A DNA stretch of 64,000 nucleotides, taken from Minisyncoccota bacterium (GTDB lineage: Bacteria; Patescibacteriota; Minisyncoccia; Phycocordibacterales; UBA5272). The position numbers and the translations under genes are program-made. Where the stretch lies: positions 416,342-480,341 of the forward strand of contig JAXLZS010000001.1 in assembly GCA_046350775.1 (NCBI GenBank), given 5' to 3'. Below, piece by piece: positions 29,248 to 39,503 of the stretch. The notes below the pieces were generated by a model. It did not search any database. It saw only the letters and a list, made by a program, of their open reading frames with translations, and was not told where the DNA came from. The stretch's first letter is position 1; every line of letters starts with the position of its first letter.

Positions 29248-29823
29248 CTAAAAAAGTAAAAAGTAAACAACGAGACAAATAATAATAAAAGTAATGACCG
29301 ATGTCCAAAAACTATCCGTGAGAGAATCTTTGACTTTGACTCCGTATTTATGAGTGAAAAATGAAACACCTATAAATTTTATGCCTCTACCTAAAATAGA
29401 AGTCAAAATAAATAAAGGAAAATTTACCGCAAATACTCCTGAGGCAATAGCTGTAACTTTGAATGGTATCGGAGTCATAGCAGCTACAAGTAAAATCCAA
29501 AATTGATTATTTAATAATTTATCTCCAAATTTATTGAACTCATCTTGCAAGCTATAAAAATTTACTATCGGCTGACCTACAAGTTTAAATAAATAGAAAC
29601 CGATAAAGTATCCCAAGACACCTCCAAGTATAGATCCTAATGTCGCTATCCAAGCTACCTTTTTCCATGAATATTTGACTTTGTGTGCCAAAATAAATAA
29701 AACTAAGAAATAAGCAGGAAACGGTGAAATGCAAGACTCAGCAAAAGACACCCAAAAGAGACTTTTTAGAGCATGTTTGTGGTTGGCTACATTTTCTGAC
29801 CATTTTATAAATTTTTCTTTCAT
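29248..29823 (-). CDS. DedA/YqaA-family (VTT-domain) membrane protein
   Basis: Four TM segments and a FWVSFAESCISPFP motif. Confidence 0.45.
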   Translation of the reverse strand: MKEKFIKWSENVANHKHALKSLFWVSFAESCISPFPAYFLVLFILAHKVKYSWKKVAWIATLGSILGGVLGYFIGFYLFKLVGQPIVNFYSLQDEFNKFGDKLLNNQFWILLVAAMTPIPFKVTAIASGVFAVNFPLFILTSILGRGIKFIGVSFFTHKYGVKVKDSLTDSFWTSVITFIIICLVVYFLLF

Positions 29824-29830
29824 GTTTTAA

Positions 29831-30151
29831 TTATCTCATTTGTGACCCATTTTGGACCTCTATCGTAGGAGAAAGTAAAGCTAAAGATTCTTCTCCTGTC
29901 GCTAGTATCATGGCCTCAGAATCTAAACCCATCATTTTTCTAGGAGCAAGATTTGTAATAAAAGCAAACTGCTTATTTAATAAAAAATCTTTTTCAAAAA
30001 ATTTTTTAATACCAGATAGTACTTGCCTTGGTTTTTCTTCTCCAAAATCTACAGCTAGTTTATACAGCTTTTCACTACCCTCCACTTCTTCAATATTTAA
30101 AATTCGTCCAACCTTTATTTCTACTTTTTGTAAATCTTCAATAGTTATCAT
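29831..30151 (-). CDS. tRNA-binding protein (CsaA/Trbp111-like OB fold; EMAP/MetRS C-terminal domain homolog)
   Basis: VGRILNIEEVEGSEKLYKLAVDFGEEKPRQVLSGI...ITNLAPRKMMGLDSEAMIL. Confidence 0.7.
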   Translation of the reverse strand: MITIEDLQKVEIKVGRILNIEEVEGSEKLYKLAVDFGEEKPRQVLSGIKKFFEKDFLLNKQFAFITNLAPRKMMGLDSEAMILATGEESLALLSPTIEVQNGSQMR

Positions 30152-30192
30152 ATTATTTATAATTTTTTAAATAATTATATCATTTTAAAATG

Positions 30193-30226
30193 AAAAAAGC
30201 CTCACGGTATGGGCGAGGCTTTTTGG
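30193..30226. terminator. bidirectional rho-independent terminator
   Basis: Hairpin aagcctc-acggtatgggc-gaggctt flanked by an A-run and a T-run. Confidence 0.5.
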
Positions 30227-30444
30227 GATGGGCGAGTTAGGATTTATAGTCCTGCTCGCATCTTTTGTTGACATAAAATTTTGGCATACCATATCTGAGA
30301 AGGTAAGGAGCTTCGACTTTTTTACAGTTTGAAGACTTGCTTATTTCCAGAAATAAAATGATAGATCCAAAAATTATGTTGTGTAAAAGAACAATAATTT
30401 GCATACTGCAAGATTAAGGCTATAAATATACTACAGATAAAAAA

Positions 30445-30861
30445 TTAATGCAAATTATTATTTTTATTAATTTTATCTAAAAATCTTTGAAGGATAATTG
30501 CGGCAGCGGAGTCGTCTGCATCTCGCCTATCATCATATCTTCGAGCTTCTAAAGTGCTATACCACTCTTTTTCAAAATGGACACCACAATCTATATTTTT
30601 ATCCAAAAATATTTCCTCAAGATTAAAAGCGAACTCTCTAGCTGATAGAGCTATCTTATTTAGCTCTCCCTTTTGATTAACGCTCTCGCCTATGACAATG
30701 TTTTTTATTTTATTTTGAGTCACTATATTTAAAATTTCTTGTAGAGATTTTTCTTTGTCTTTGTTTAAAATGATTTGTAAAGGAAAAGCTAGCATATTCA
30801 TCTCGTCTGAGATAGCTACTCCGATTTTTTTTGAACCGTAATCAATACCTAAATATTTCAT
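30445..30861 (-). CDS. ruvX: Holliday-junction resolvase-like / pre-16S rRNA nuclease RuvX (YqgF)
   Basis: MKYLGIDYGSKKIGVAISDE N-terminal signature. Confidence 0.75.
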   Translation of the reverse strand: MKYLGIDYGSKKIGVAISDEMNMLAFPLQIILNKDKEKSLQEILNIVTQNKIKNIVIGESVNQKGELNKIALSAREFAFNLEEIFLDKNIDCGVHFEKEWYSTLEARRYDDRRDADDSAAAIILQRFLDKINKNNNLH

Positions 30862-30863
30862 AA

Positions 30864-32165
30864 TTAATTTTTGCTTTTCAATTCTCTCAACAATCTTCTA
30901 GATATCTCTCTATCATCGCTCTTTATCTTTTGACCTTTCCAGCTCATAGTATTGAGAGATCCTCGAGTAGCAAGCAAAACAACGTCTCCAGAATTTGCTA
31001 AAGAGATGGCTTTTCTTACAGCTTCTTCTCGATCTATAATAATGAAAAGATTTTCATCATACTTTTTCCCTTGCTTTTCTGCTTCATCTGCTATCTTTTT
31101 AGCCAAAGCTATCTCATCATCAAAATACGGATCGGAATTAGCGACTATCACTGTGTCTGCTTTTTTACCGACCACCTCACCCATATCATAAAGTCTTTGC
31201 TCATCTCTTCCTCCACCATCCCCACCGAGAACTATAATTATTTTGTTATTCTCGTTTCTTTTTAGATTCTTAGCAGAATCCAAAAGACTATTCATACTTA
31301 ATTTTTCGTGAGCATAATCAACCATAACCTTAAAATCTTGTCCCTCTTCTATCGATTCCATCCTTCCTGGTATAAGACTTAAGCTAGTTAATCTGTCTTT
31401 TATTTCCTGATTAGGGATATTGTATTTTTGACCCAAAATTATTGCAGGCAAAGCATTATAAATATTAAATATGCCTAAAATATTTATTTTATAAATTTCA
31501 TTTTTAAAATTAAAGACTACGCCAGACTCATCCTCTTTTATGCCGCTCACCTCATTTAGAGAATATTTTATCTGCTCCAAATCTTTTCCTTTTTCTAAAA
31601 AGAATTTACTATTTTCATCATCAGAATTGACTATAATGGTCTTTAATTTTCCAAAAATACCCTTCTTAAATATTTTCATCTTGGCGGATCTATATTTTTC
31701 AAAAGACCCTCCATGAGAAGCTAAATGCTCTGGTGAGAGATTTGTAAAAATTGCCACATCTAAAAAAAGCCCGACATGTCGAAATTGCTTTATACCTTCA
31801 CTAGTCACCTCTAGAATCACATATTTGCATCCAGCATCTTTCATTTGTTTTAAATATTTTTGCAAAACAAATCTTCCTGGCATACTCATATGATATTTAT
31901 TTGCAAAATCTTTTTCGTCGATTTTTATATTAGCTGTAGATATAAGTCCAGCTTTCTCATTTTCACTGTTTAAAACTTTATGTATAAAATTTACAGTAGA
32001 AGTTTTTCCTTTTGTGCCAGTGACCCCAATGATTGTCATTTTTCTAGCTGGAAAACCATAAATTAACATACCGATAACAGCTAAAGAGAAATGATAAATA
32101 GGCTGACCAAGTTTATAAACTTTCTTTGGTACCAACTTTTCTATGAATCTAAGAATTTTTTCCAT
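30864..32165 (-). CDS. Mur ligase family protein (MurE-like)
   Basis: ATP-binding GVTGTKGKTST and a C-terminal GGDGGGRDEQR...NSDP similar to the MurE GGDRD...DNPR. 433 aa. Confidence 0.5.
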   Translation of the reverse strand: MEKILRFIEKLVPKKVYKLGQPIYHFSLAVIGMLIYGFPARKMTIIGVTGTKGKTSTVNFIHKVLNSENEKAGLISTANIKIDEKDFANKYHMSMPGRFVLQKYLKQMKDAGCKYVILEVTSEGIKQFRHVGLFLDVAIFTNLSPEHLASHGGSFEKYRSAKMKIFKKGIFGKLKTIIVNSDDENSKFFLEKGKDLEQIKYSLNEVSGIKEDESGVVFNFKNEIYKINILGIFNIYNALPAIILGQKYNIPNQEIKDRLTSLSLIPGRMESIEEGQDFKVMVDYAHEKLSMNSLLDSAKNLKRNENNKIIIVLGGDGGGRDEQRLYDMGEVVGKKADTVIVANSDPYFDDEIALAKKIADEAEKQGKKYDENLFIIIDREEAVRKAISLANSGDVVLLATRGSLNTMSWKGQKIKSDDREISRRLLRELKSKN

Positions 32166-32296
32166 AATATATTTATTTAATACTATTTTATCATTTTAAC
32201 ACTTTTCCACAAATGTTAAGATTTTCATTTGCATTTTTTATTCAGTTTTATATAATACTAGAGTAAACTTAAATACCAGAGAAGTTTACGTAAGTT

Positions 32297-32322
32297 AAAA
32301 ACCCCCGATTTCGGGGGTTTTT
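32297..32322. terminator. bidirectional rho-independent terminator
   Basis: Hairpin aaaaacccccgatttcgggggttttt. Confidence 0.6.
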
Positions 32323-32345
32323 AACTGGTTGAGTTTTCTGGGTAT

Positions 32346-33251
32346 TTATTTAAATAGATTTTCAAAATAAGTAAAATTGTCACCCAATAAATACCTCCTC
32401 AGGTTATAGATATTCAACTCGTTATCTTCTTTTTTTGCCAGCACTCCTACAGCTCCGAGATATCCTAAATTTTTTACAATATTTTGCACCCTTTCATCAT
32501 TGGCACCAAAAGGATAAGCTAAAACATTTTCAACAGAAGAAGACCCGAAATTATTTATTAATTTATTTTGATTTTCAATTATTTCTTTTGAGATAATTTC
32601 ATCTTTATATTTTGGCAAATAAATATGATGTAATGTATGATTTCCCAATTTCATATTATTAGATAATAAATCTTTTATTTCTTTATTAGTCATACAGACA
32701 GGATATCTATCAATGCAGTCAGAATAAATAAAAAATGTAGCGCTAAAATTATACTTTTTGAGTATTGGTAGAGCTGAAATATATTGTGAAGCATAGCCAT
32801 CGTCAAAAGTTAAAATAAAAGATTTATTCAAATCGAAATTTTTGATGCCAAAATTTAAATAATTAAAATAATCTGTGAGAGAAATAGATTCATATCCCCT
32901 ATCAAAAAGATATTTCATTTCTTTTTCAAAAGTTTCTGGAGATGTTATAAATAATTTTACTTTCTGACTGTCAGTGTCTCTGTATTCTCTTATTTGGTGA
33001 TAACCTAAAATTATAATTTTATTTTTATTTGTGTCTTTTTTGTATAAATCATTTAAATCTTTATCCGAATAAAATTCCCTAAAAGAATCAGACTCCTCAT
33101 CTAGTGTGACTGGGCCAGATCTTTCAATCACAGCATAAGTAAAAATATAAGAAACAAAAAATGGCACCAAAAACAAAAAAGCTAGAGTGAAAAAGTTAAA
33201 AAATCCAAAATCTTTTTTGTGACCTATTTTAATTTGGATATTCTTTCCCAT
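32346..33251 (-). CDS. polysaccharide deacetylase (NodB homology) with N-terminal TM
   Basis: LTFDDGYASQY (TFDDG motif) and a His-rich NHTLHH. Confidence 0.7.
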   Translation of the reverse strand: MGKNIQIKIGHKKDFGFFNFFTLAFLFLVPFFVSYIFTYAVIERSGPVTLDEESDSFREFYSDKDLNDLYKKDTNKNKIIILGYHQIREYRDTDSQKVKLFITSPETFEKEMKYLFDRGYESISLTDYFNYLNFGIKNFDLNKSFILTFDDGYASQYISALPILKKYNFSATFFIYSDCIDRYPVCMTNKEIKDLLSNNMKLGNHTLHHIYLPKYKDEIISKEIIENQNKLINNFGSSSVENVLAYPFGANDERVQNIVKNLGYLGAVGVLAKKEDNELNIYNLRRYLLGDNFTYFENLFK

Positions 33252-33301
33252 ATTTATGGGATATTATAGATTAAATAAAAAGAAAATACTAATTTTAAAA
33301 A

Positions 33302-33841
33302 TTAATAATCAGCCCCTTTCTTTTGGGAATGTTTTTCTAAAAAGAGATCTTTTTTAAGATTTTTATATTTGTCGCCAATATAATATTTATGTACATTTTG
33401 TAAAAATGGGACCTCACCCTTTTCTCCAAACCTAGCAACTTTAAAATCTTTATCTATAAAAATATTCAAATTTACTATTATCAAAATAATACTCATTAAT
33501 AAAATTAAAATTACATACAAAATATTTTTTCTGTAAACAAAAGAATACTCACTTACTAGATGATATAAGGAAAATAAAAATAAAATAATTAATAGTAAAA
33601 TTATAACTGGAATAGTCTTAAGAAAATCAGTAAAGGCCATACTTGGTACAAATTTTTGATGCTCGTGGAAAATAAAAAATACAAAATCAGTTAGGTAAAT
33701 TGTTATCAAAAATAAAATCAAAGAAAAAGACATTATCAGAATAGTTTTTAATACAAAATACCATCTAGGCCTCATCTTTAGTTTTTTACTTTTTATTACT
33801 TCTTCTATTTTTTTTACGATCTTTTCTTTATTGATTTCCAT
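33302..33841 (-). CDS. membrane protein, candidate anti-sigma factor (by position downstream of the ECF sigma gene)
   Basis: Several TM helices, with an 8-bp gap after the sigma gene. Confidence 0.3.
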   Translation of the reverse strand: MEINKEKIVKKIEEVIKSKKLKMRPRWYFVLKTILIMSFSLILFLITIYLTDFVFFIFHEHQKFVPSMAFTDFLKTIPVIILLLIILFLFSLYHLVSEYSFVYRKNILYVILILLMSIILIIVNLNIFIDKDFKVARFGEKGEVPFLQNVHKYYIGDKYKNLKKDLFLEKHSQKKGADY

Positions 33842-33851
33842 AAATTTATTT

Positions 33852-34454
33852 TTATCTACTATCTATTCCCTTTTCATTTAAAATCTTTTTTATCTGCTCT
33901 TTTCCTCTTTGGATTCTTACGCCAACTAGAGAGATTGGTATTTTTAATATGTCAGATATATCCTTATAAGATAGCTCTTCATAGAAATAAAGTATTATTA
34001 TTTCTTTATATTTTTGATCGAGATCATTTAATATTTCATCTAGATGATTTTTCAAAATCTCCCTCTCCGCTTCACTTTCACTATCCTCTTTTGCTTTTGG
34101 ATGAATAAAAAAAGTATCATCAAAAATATCAAAACTAAACACCTTGATAGAATTCTTTTTTAAAAGATTTACGGCTTCATTGTGAGCTATACGATAAATC
34201 CATGGAGAAAATTTTTGACTAGTATCAAAACTTTTAATATTTACAAAACATTTTATAAAAATATCTTGCAATATATCTTCAACGTCTTCTCTTCTTGATA
34301 GAAATTTTCTAATATAGCGACCAAGCTTGTCACTATAACGATCTATCAGGATTTCAAAAATATCAACATTACCTTTTTGGATAAAAGAAGCTATCTCCTC
34401 ATCAGTAAGATTTTGGTATCGGTCAAAAGTGTCCATAAAATTAGTCAGAGGCAT
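33852..34454 (-). CDS. RNA polymerase sigma-70 family (ECF-type) sigma factor
   Basis: Region 2 (DILQDIFIKCFVNIKSF...WIYRIAHNEAVNLLKK) and region 4 HTH (ELSYKDISDILKIPISLVGVRIQRGKEQI). Confidence 0.75.
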   Translation of the reverse strand: MPLTNFMDTFDRYQNLTDEEIASFIQKGNVDIFEILIDRYSDKLGRYIRKFLSRREDVEDILQDIFIKCFVNIKSFDTSQKFSPWIYRIAHNEAVNLLKKNSIKVFSFDIFDDTFFIHPKAKEDSESEAEREILKNHLDEILNDLDQKYKEIIILYFYEELSYKDISDILKIPISLVGVRIQRGKEQIKKILNEKGIDSR

Positions 34455-34558
34455 ATTTCTCTCTTGACCTTCAGTATATAATACAAATGAATTTTTAAAA
34501 AATTACATCTTAAACTTATTATAAGAGGCACCTTGATGCCTCCTAAATAATTTTAAAA

Positions 34559-34765
34559 TTATTTCTTAGCTAATTTACTAAGACTGAATAACACATAAAC
34601 CGCAGATAGACCTACAAGAATGTAGATTATTCTTGATAACATAGACATGACACCAAAGATGGTAGATACTAAGTCGAAATCAAATAGGCCAACTAGTAAC
34701 CAATTTAATCCTCCAACGATTACTAAAATCATTGCGACCCAGTCTAATGTACTTAAGTTTTTCAT
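34559..34765 (-). CDS. DUF378-family small membrane protein
   Basis: Two TM helices with GGLNWLLVGLFDFDLVSTIFG. Confidence 0.55.
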   Translation of the reverse strand: MKNLSTLDWVAMILVIVGGLNWLLVGLFDFDLVSTIFGVMSMLSRIIYILVGLSAVYVLFSLSKLAKK

Positions 34766-34868
34766 ATATTTTAATTTTAAAATGTAGCTCTATAGATCAT
34801 ATAGAACTATCTATATTTTATCATATACAAAAACAAAAGACCTGTATTGACAGATCTTTTGTTTTTTG

Positions 34869-34953
34869 CGGAAGTGGTGAGATTCGAACTCACGAAGAGT
34901 TTCCCCTTGCCGGTTTTCAAGACCGGTGCCTTCAACCACTCGGCCACACTTCC
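34869..34953 (-). tRNA. tRNA-Ser (UGA), long variable arm
   Basis: Acceptor GGAAGTG/CACTTCC, anticodon stem CCGGT/ACCGG, loop CTTGAAA, 85 nt. Confidence 0.8.
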
Positions 34954-35026
34954 ATATTTAATTGTTTTAAAATAATAGCATAAAAATCTTTTTTTTAAAA
35001 GTTTTTAAAATTATATTAAAACAACA

Positions 35027-36094
35027 TTATTCTTCAAATTTCTCTAAATAAGTAGTTAATTGTCTATTAACTTTTATAAAAGTAGCTCTTTTTGAAAACT
35101 CTTTTAATCTTCTAGCTCCTATGTATGTACCAGTGCTACGAAGAGACCCAAACAGATCTTGCAAAAAGATGTCCAACTTTCCCTTGTATGGCATAAGTAC
35201 ATATCTTCCCTCACTGGCCCTATGACTATCTTTTTTACCATAAAATTCTTCTAGGGCTTTGTTGGAAGATGATCCAAAATATTCTTTAAATTTTTTGCCA
35301 TTTTTTTCTACGAGATCTCCAGCGCTCTCATCAAATCCAGAAAAAAGAGATCCGCACATATTAAAATCTGCTCCACCACAAAAGGCTTTTGCAATACAAG
35401 ATGGATACTGTTGACCACCGTCAGCGATAACTAGTCCAGATCTGCCCTCTCCACTTGAAAGTCCGTGTGCAGCATCAGAGCATTCTATGACAGCCGACAG
35501 TTGAGGATATCCTACTCCTGTCATCTTTCTTGTAGTACAAACAGAGCCTGGGCCAATACCAACTTTTACAATATCTGCTCCAGCTAATATTATCTCTTCT
35601 GTCATCTCATTGGTTACCACATTTCCAGCTATGACTATGTGATCAGGACACATATTTCTTATTATCTTTATCGTTTCAACAAATCTATTAAGATATCCAT
35701 TTGGTACATCAATACAAATAAATGAAAAATATTTATCTATTCCTCTTTTAATTATCTCTTTCAACTTTTCAATGTCTTCATCTCTTATACCTAGAGTATA
35801 AATAATGTAATCAGGATTATTAAACTCTTTTAAATTATTTTCTAACTCTTCTATATTATAGTATTTATGAAGAGCCGTCAGCATTTTATTTTTTGATAAA
35901 GCTTTAGCCATTTCAAAAGTGCCACATGTCGCCATATTGGCAGCAATAATTGGTATACCTGTCCAAGTCTTTGGAGAATGATAAAATTTAAAAGATCTTT
36001 CCAGGTCGACTTCTTTTCTACTAGAAATAGTGCTTCTCTTTGGCCTTAATAATACATCAGCGTAGTCTAATTTTATATCTTCATCTATTCTCAT
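35027..36094 (-). CDS. guaC: GMP reductase (IMPDH/GuaC family without a CBS insert)
   Basis: TIM-barrel motifs [11 protein letters not shown] and IADGGQQYP. 355 aa. Confidence 0.65.
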   Translation of the reverse strand: MRIDEDIKLDYADVLLRPKRSTISSRKEVDLERSFKFYHSPKTWTGIPIIAANMATCGTFEMAKALSKNKMLTALHKYYNIEELENNLKEFNNPDYIIYTLGIRDEDIEKLKEIIKRGIDKYFSFICIDVPNGYLNRFVETIKIIRNMCPDHIVIAGNVVTNEMTEEIILAGADIVKVGIGPGSVCTTRKMTGVGYPQLSAVIECSDAAHGLSSGEGRSGLVIADGGQQYPSCIAKAFCGGADFNMCGSLFSGFDESAGDLVEKNGKKFKEYFGSSSNKALEEFYGKKDSHRASEGRYVLMPYKGKLDIFLQDLFGSLRSTGTYIGARRLKEFSKRATFIKVNRQLTTYLEKFEE

Positions 36095-36155
36095 ACCCTA
36101 GAAGTATATCACGTGAATTAATATCTAAAATATGCTAGTATTTAAAGGATAAAAT

Positions 36156-36644
36156 ATGAAAATAGTCATTCTTGATAATGTGCGCAGCAGCCTCAATGTT
36201 GGCTCTATATTCAGAACCAGCTCTGGGATTGGTATCGATAAAATCTATCTCTGCGGTATCACTCCTACCCCATTTGAAACTGCTAAAAAATTTGAAGGAC
36301 AAAATAAAAAAAGAAAAGATTTTATAAAAACTTCTCTCGGATCTGAAGATGAAATAGAGTGGGAATATAAAGAAAATATTTTAGATCTTATAAAAGAATT
36401 GAAAAAAGTAAATTTTGAAATAATAGCTCTCGAGCAAGATGAAAGAAGTACAGACTATAAAAGTCTAAAAACAGAAAATGAAAATATAGCAGTGATTATC
36501 GGTAGTGAGACAGATGGAGTACAAAAAGAAGTACTAGACTTATGTGACAAAATCACAGAAATACCAATGCTTGGTTTAAAAGAATCGTTAAACGTGACCA
36601 TCGCCTACGCAATATTAGTTTATAGACTTTTTGATACTAACTAA
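36156..36644 (+). CDS. SpoU-family RNA 2'-O-methyltransferase (TrmL/TrmH-like)
   Basis: RSSLNVGSIFRTS and IIGSETDGV...NVTIAYAILVYRL SPOUT motifs. Confidence 0.65.
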   Translation: MKIVILDNVRSSLNVGSIFRTSSGIGIDKIYLCGITPTPFETAKKFEGQNKKRKDFIKTSLGSEDEIEWEYKENILDLIKELKKVNFEIIALEQDERSTDYKSLKTENENIAVIIGSETDGVQKEVLDLCDKITEIPMLGLKESLNVTIAYAILVYRLFDTN

Positions 36645-37032
36645 AAAATACAATGAGTCCAGAAACTATTCCGGCAAAGATATGAAACCAAGGATGAAAT
36701 TTATGATAAGAAATAGTCTTTTTGTATCCTAATATAAAGAATAAAAGTGAGACGGAAAGTAGTGTGGTTAATAATATTTTCAAATTATCAAATGAAAACA
36801 TATAAATAAAATAAAACATATAAGTGTAACAAATAGCAGCCACCAACCAATCTCCATCTTTTAAAAAGATAGTCTGCCAATGATTAATATTTTGTTTAAA
36901 GTATAAATGATAAAGCGTACTAAAAATAAAAATCAAAAAGGCTAAAACAAAATAGATCCATTCGCTTTTATAAAAAGCTATTATTGTCGGAAATAAAAAT
37001 ATAAAACTAGAGACTACATAAAAATTTTTCAT
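36637..37032 (-). CDS. hypothetical polytopic membrane protein
   Basis: 131 aa with 4 TM helices. Confidence 0.3.
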   Translation of the reverse strand: MKNFYVVSSFIFLFPTIIAFYKSEWIYFVLAFLIFIFSTLYHLYFKQNINHWQTIFLKDGDWLVAAICYTYMFYFIYMFSFDNLKILLTTLLSVSLLFFILGYKKTISYHKFHPWFHIFAGIVSGLIVFFS

Positions 37033-37055
37033 ATAGCTATATTATATTATAAGAA

Positions 37056-37130
37056 TGGTGCTCTCGTGAGGAATCGAACCTCAATCGCAGGTACCGCAAA
37101 CCTGAATTCTATCCGTTGAACTACGAGAGC
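37056..37130 (-). tRNA. tRNA-Arg (anticodon read as GCG)
   Basis: Acceptor GCTCTCG/CGAGAGC plus ACCA, anticodon stem CAGGT/ACCTG, loop TTGCGGT, T-arm TGAGG-TTCGATT-CCTCA. Confidence 0.65.
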
Positions 37131-37135
37131 AAAGA

Positions 37136-37161
37136 TTAGCGGCGCGGCTGTGCCGCGCCGC
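37136..37161. terminator. GC-rich hairpin terminator
   Basis: agcggcgcgg-ctgt-gccgcgccgct between the tRNA and rpsT. Confidence 0.5.
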
Positions 37162-37168
37162 TACTTTA

Positions 37169-37435
37169 TTATTTTTCTAACTTTGCGATAGCTTTTACCA
37201 ATCTTGATTTTTTTCTATCTGCTGTACCTTTTTTAATAACTCCTCTTTTTGCAGCTTTATCAAGTGCAGCGAAAGTTTTTGGAAGATTCTTTTCTGCTTC
37301 TTTTTTATTTTTACCAAGTATCAAAGATTTGGTTAATTTCACCTCTTCTTTCATTGTCTTTTTTCTCTTGTCATTTACGACTTTTCTTTTTTCTGCTGAG
37401 CGGAGTGCTCTTTTTGCTGTTTTGGTTACTGCCAT
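37169..37435 (-). CDS. rpsT: 30S ribosomal protein S20
   Basis: MAVTKTAKRALRSAEKRKVVN... Confidence 0.75.
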   Translation of the reverse strand: MAVTKTAKRALRSAEKRKVVNDKRKKTMKEEVKLTKSLILGKNKKEAEKNLPKTFAALDKAAKRGVIKKGTADRKKSRLVKAIAKLEK

Positions 37436-37775
37436 ATATTATTTATAATTGTTTTATTTATATTAAATTATTTTCTATATAATACTACATTATGACAAAA
37501 AAATAAAGCCGACAAAATACAGTGTATACTTTATAAAAGTAGTAAAAAATTAAGGCAATTTTCCTATCAAGATATTATGGAATTAATATATAGACCAGAA
37601 AATACTATTTTTATTTTAAAGAAATATAAATTACTCTTGAAATAAATTTTTTAAGTATTCACACTAACACACTTACTATATTTATTCAATATTAAAAATA
37701 ATGTAACGTTGATATATAATATCAGCATCAAAAGTGCATATTAATAAAATATATAAATAATAACTTACAATTTCT

Positions 37776-38357
37776 ATGAGAAAAAATTTATCAAAAATCG
37801 GAATTAGTATGATCGCTACTGTAGCGATCGTTGGTGGAATCTTTTTTGCCGGAGCACAAAATGCGCCAGCAACAAGTACTCAAGTGGACCAAGGTCAAGT
37901 AGTTTTACAAAAAGGAGAAGGACTTGGTATGATGGGCGGATATGGAATGATGAATAGAGATGAAAATGGTAATTGGTCAATGAAAGGACAATGGGGTGGC
38001 GCTGGTGAAAATGCAAAAGATTTCGGAATGCTTAAAAGTATCTTCCCGGCTTTAGCTTTAGGATTCATCGGTGCTGGAATAGTTTTGACTATAATTGCTT
38101 TATTATTAATAGCTTTCTGGATATGGATGCTAGTACACGCAATCAAGCATGATATAGAATACAAGCCAATATGGATTTTGGTATTAGGAATTATGGGTAT
38201 ACTTGGAGCTATCATCTATTACTTCGCAGTAAAGAGACAATATGTTTGCTATTGCGGACAAGAAGGTATGTGTGATTGCGAGGATTGTACTTGTGGCAAA
38301 AAAGAAGGAGAGAAATGTGGAGTGTGTGGTGAAGGAGAGTGTAAATGTGAAAAATAA
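37776..38357 (+). CDS. membrane protein with a PLDc_N-like domain and a C-terminal Cys-rich (metallothionein-like) tail
   Basis: LLLIAFWIWMLVHAIKHDIEYKPIWILVLGIMGILGAIIYYF is PLD-nuclease-N-terminal-like. The tail CYCGQEGMCDCEDCTCGKKEGEKCGVCGEGECKCEK has 12 Cys in 36 aa. Confidence 0.45.
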   Translation: MRKNLSKIGISMIATVAIVGGIFFAGAQNAPATSTQVDQGQVVLQKGEGLGMMGGYGMMNRDENGNWSMKGQWGGAGENAKDFGMLKSIFPALALGFIGAGIVLTIIALLLIAFWIWMLVHAIKHDIEYKPIWILVLGIMGILGAIIYYFAVKRQYVCYCGQEGMCDCEDCTCGKKEGEKCGVCGEGECKCEK

Positions 38358-38406
38358 ATAAAAATTAAAAAATAAAAACGCCCGAGAAATCGAGCGTTTT
38401 TATTTT

Positions 38407-39408
38407 TTATTTATAATTTACTGACCTGATACTGTCTATCACAGTAAAGCATTGATATCCAGCATCATGCTTTTGCCAAAAATAACTATTGATACTATTT
38501 GCCCTGTCAGAAGATAAATGAAAATGGGTGCATAATTTATAAGAAAAATATAATAAATTATCCTTTTCACTAAAAGATAATACCTGATAATCATATTTAT
38601 TTCTTGTCTCTTTATCATAAATGCTTGATTTATCATACAGATCTTCTAGCGAGTTAGGTAATTTATTATGATCTTGCATATAGGCTTGTATGGCATATTT
38701 TATGTTATTTATATCTTGCAACTTTTGCTCATCCAATTTTAAAGATCTGACTTTAGAAGGAGAGCCTGATATATTGATACTCCAGATTATGCCTGCCAAC
38801 ACTATAATGCTACTCAATACGGCTATCATCACAGGATATATTGTCTTCTTTGAATAATCTCTTTTTAAAGAATAAAAGAAATATACAAACAAAAATACAG
38901 CCAAAGCAGAAATAGCTAAAGACTTTAAAAAGAAAGCTGTATCTGTCGATCCCATCAGCCATGTATAAATAACTGTGACCAAAGTAGAAACTATGGTTAT
39001 GATAGACGACGCAAATAAAGTGTAAATAGAAGCCAGCCTAATAGAAAGATTTTTCTTGATAATATTTTTCTTTATTTCTTTTGATACTAGAAAAGCAAAA
39101 ACTAAAAACAATGGAAATACGACTATCATGATAGATATCATCAAAGCTTGATCACTAGCTAGTGAACTCGTAAAGTATTCATATTGATTTGATAATGGAT
39201 CTAAAAATTTAGCATCTATAGAATTAAATATCATGTTTAAAAAAGCTCCGATCGATATAAGAAGTGTCAAAAACATTCCGATATTTAAAACCATATCTTT
39301 ACCAGTAGAATACTCTTCTACTTCGGACTTTGTTTTTAAATTCTTTTTAATAGCAAACAAGACAATCAGTGATATTACAAAGTACCAAAAAAATCCAAAT
39401 ATATACAT
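38407..39408 (-). CDS. hypothetical polytopic membrane protein
   Basis: 333 aa with about 7 TM helices and an extracytoplasmic C-terminal domain. Confidence 0.3.
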   Translation of the reverse strand: MYIFGFFWYFVISLIVLFAIKKNLKTKSEVEEYSTGKDMVLNIGMFLTLLISIGAFLNMIFNSIDAKFLDPLSNQYEYFTSSLASDQALMISIMIVVFPLFLVFAFLVSKEIKKNIIKKNLSIRLASIYTLFASSIITIVSTLVTVIYTWLMGSTDTAFFLKSLAISALAVFLFVYFFYSLKRDYSKKTIYPVMIAVLSSIIVLAGIIWSINISGSPSKVRSLKLDEQKLQDINNIKYAIQAYMQDHNKLPNSLEDLYDKSSIYDKETRNKYDYQVLSFSEKDNLLYFSYKLCTHFHLSSDRANSINSYFWQKHDAGYQCFTVIDSIRSVNYK

Positions 39409-39503
39409 ATAATTTTTTATTATTTAATAATATCTATATTATATCGTATTTTGATCTTGTTTTTAAATAAGCCAAAAAATGCTAAAATTAAGCTATAAAA
39501 TAT

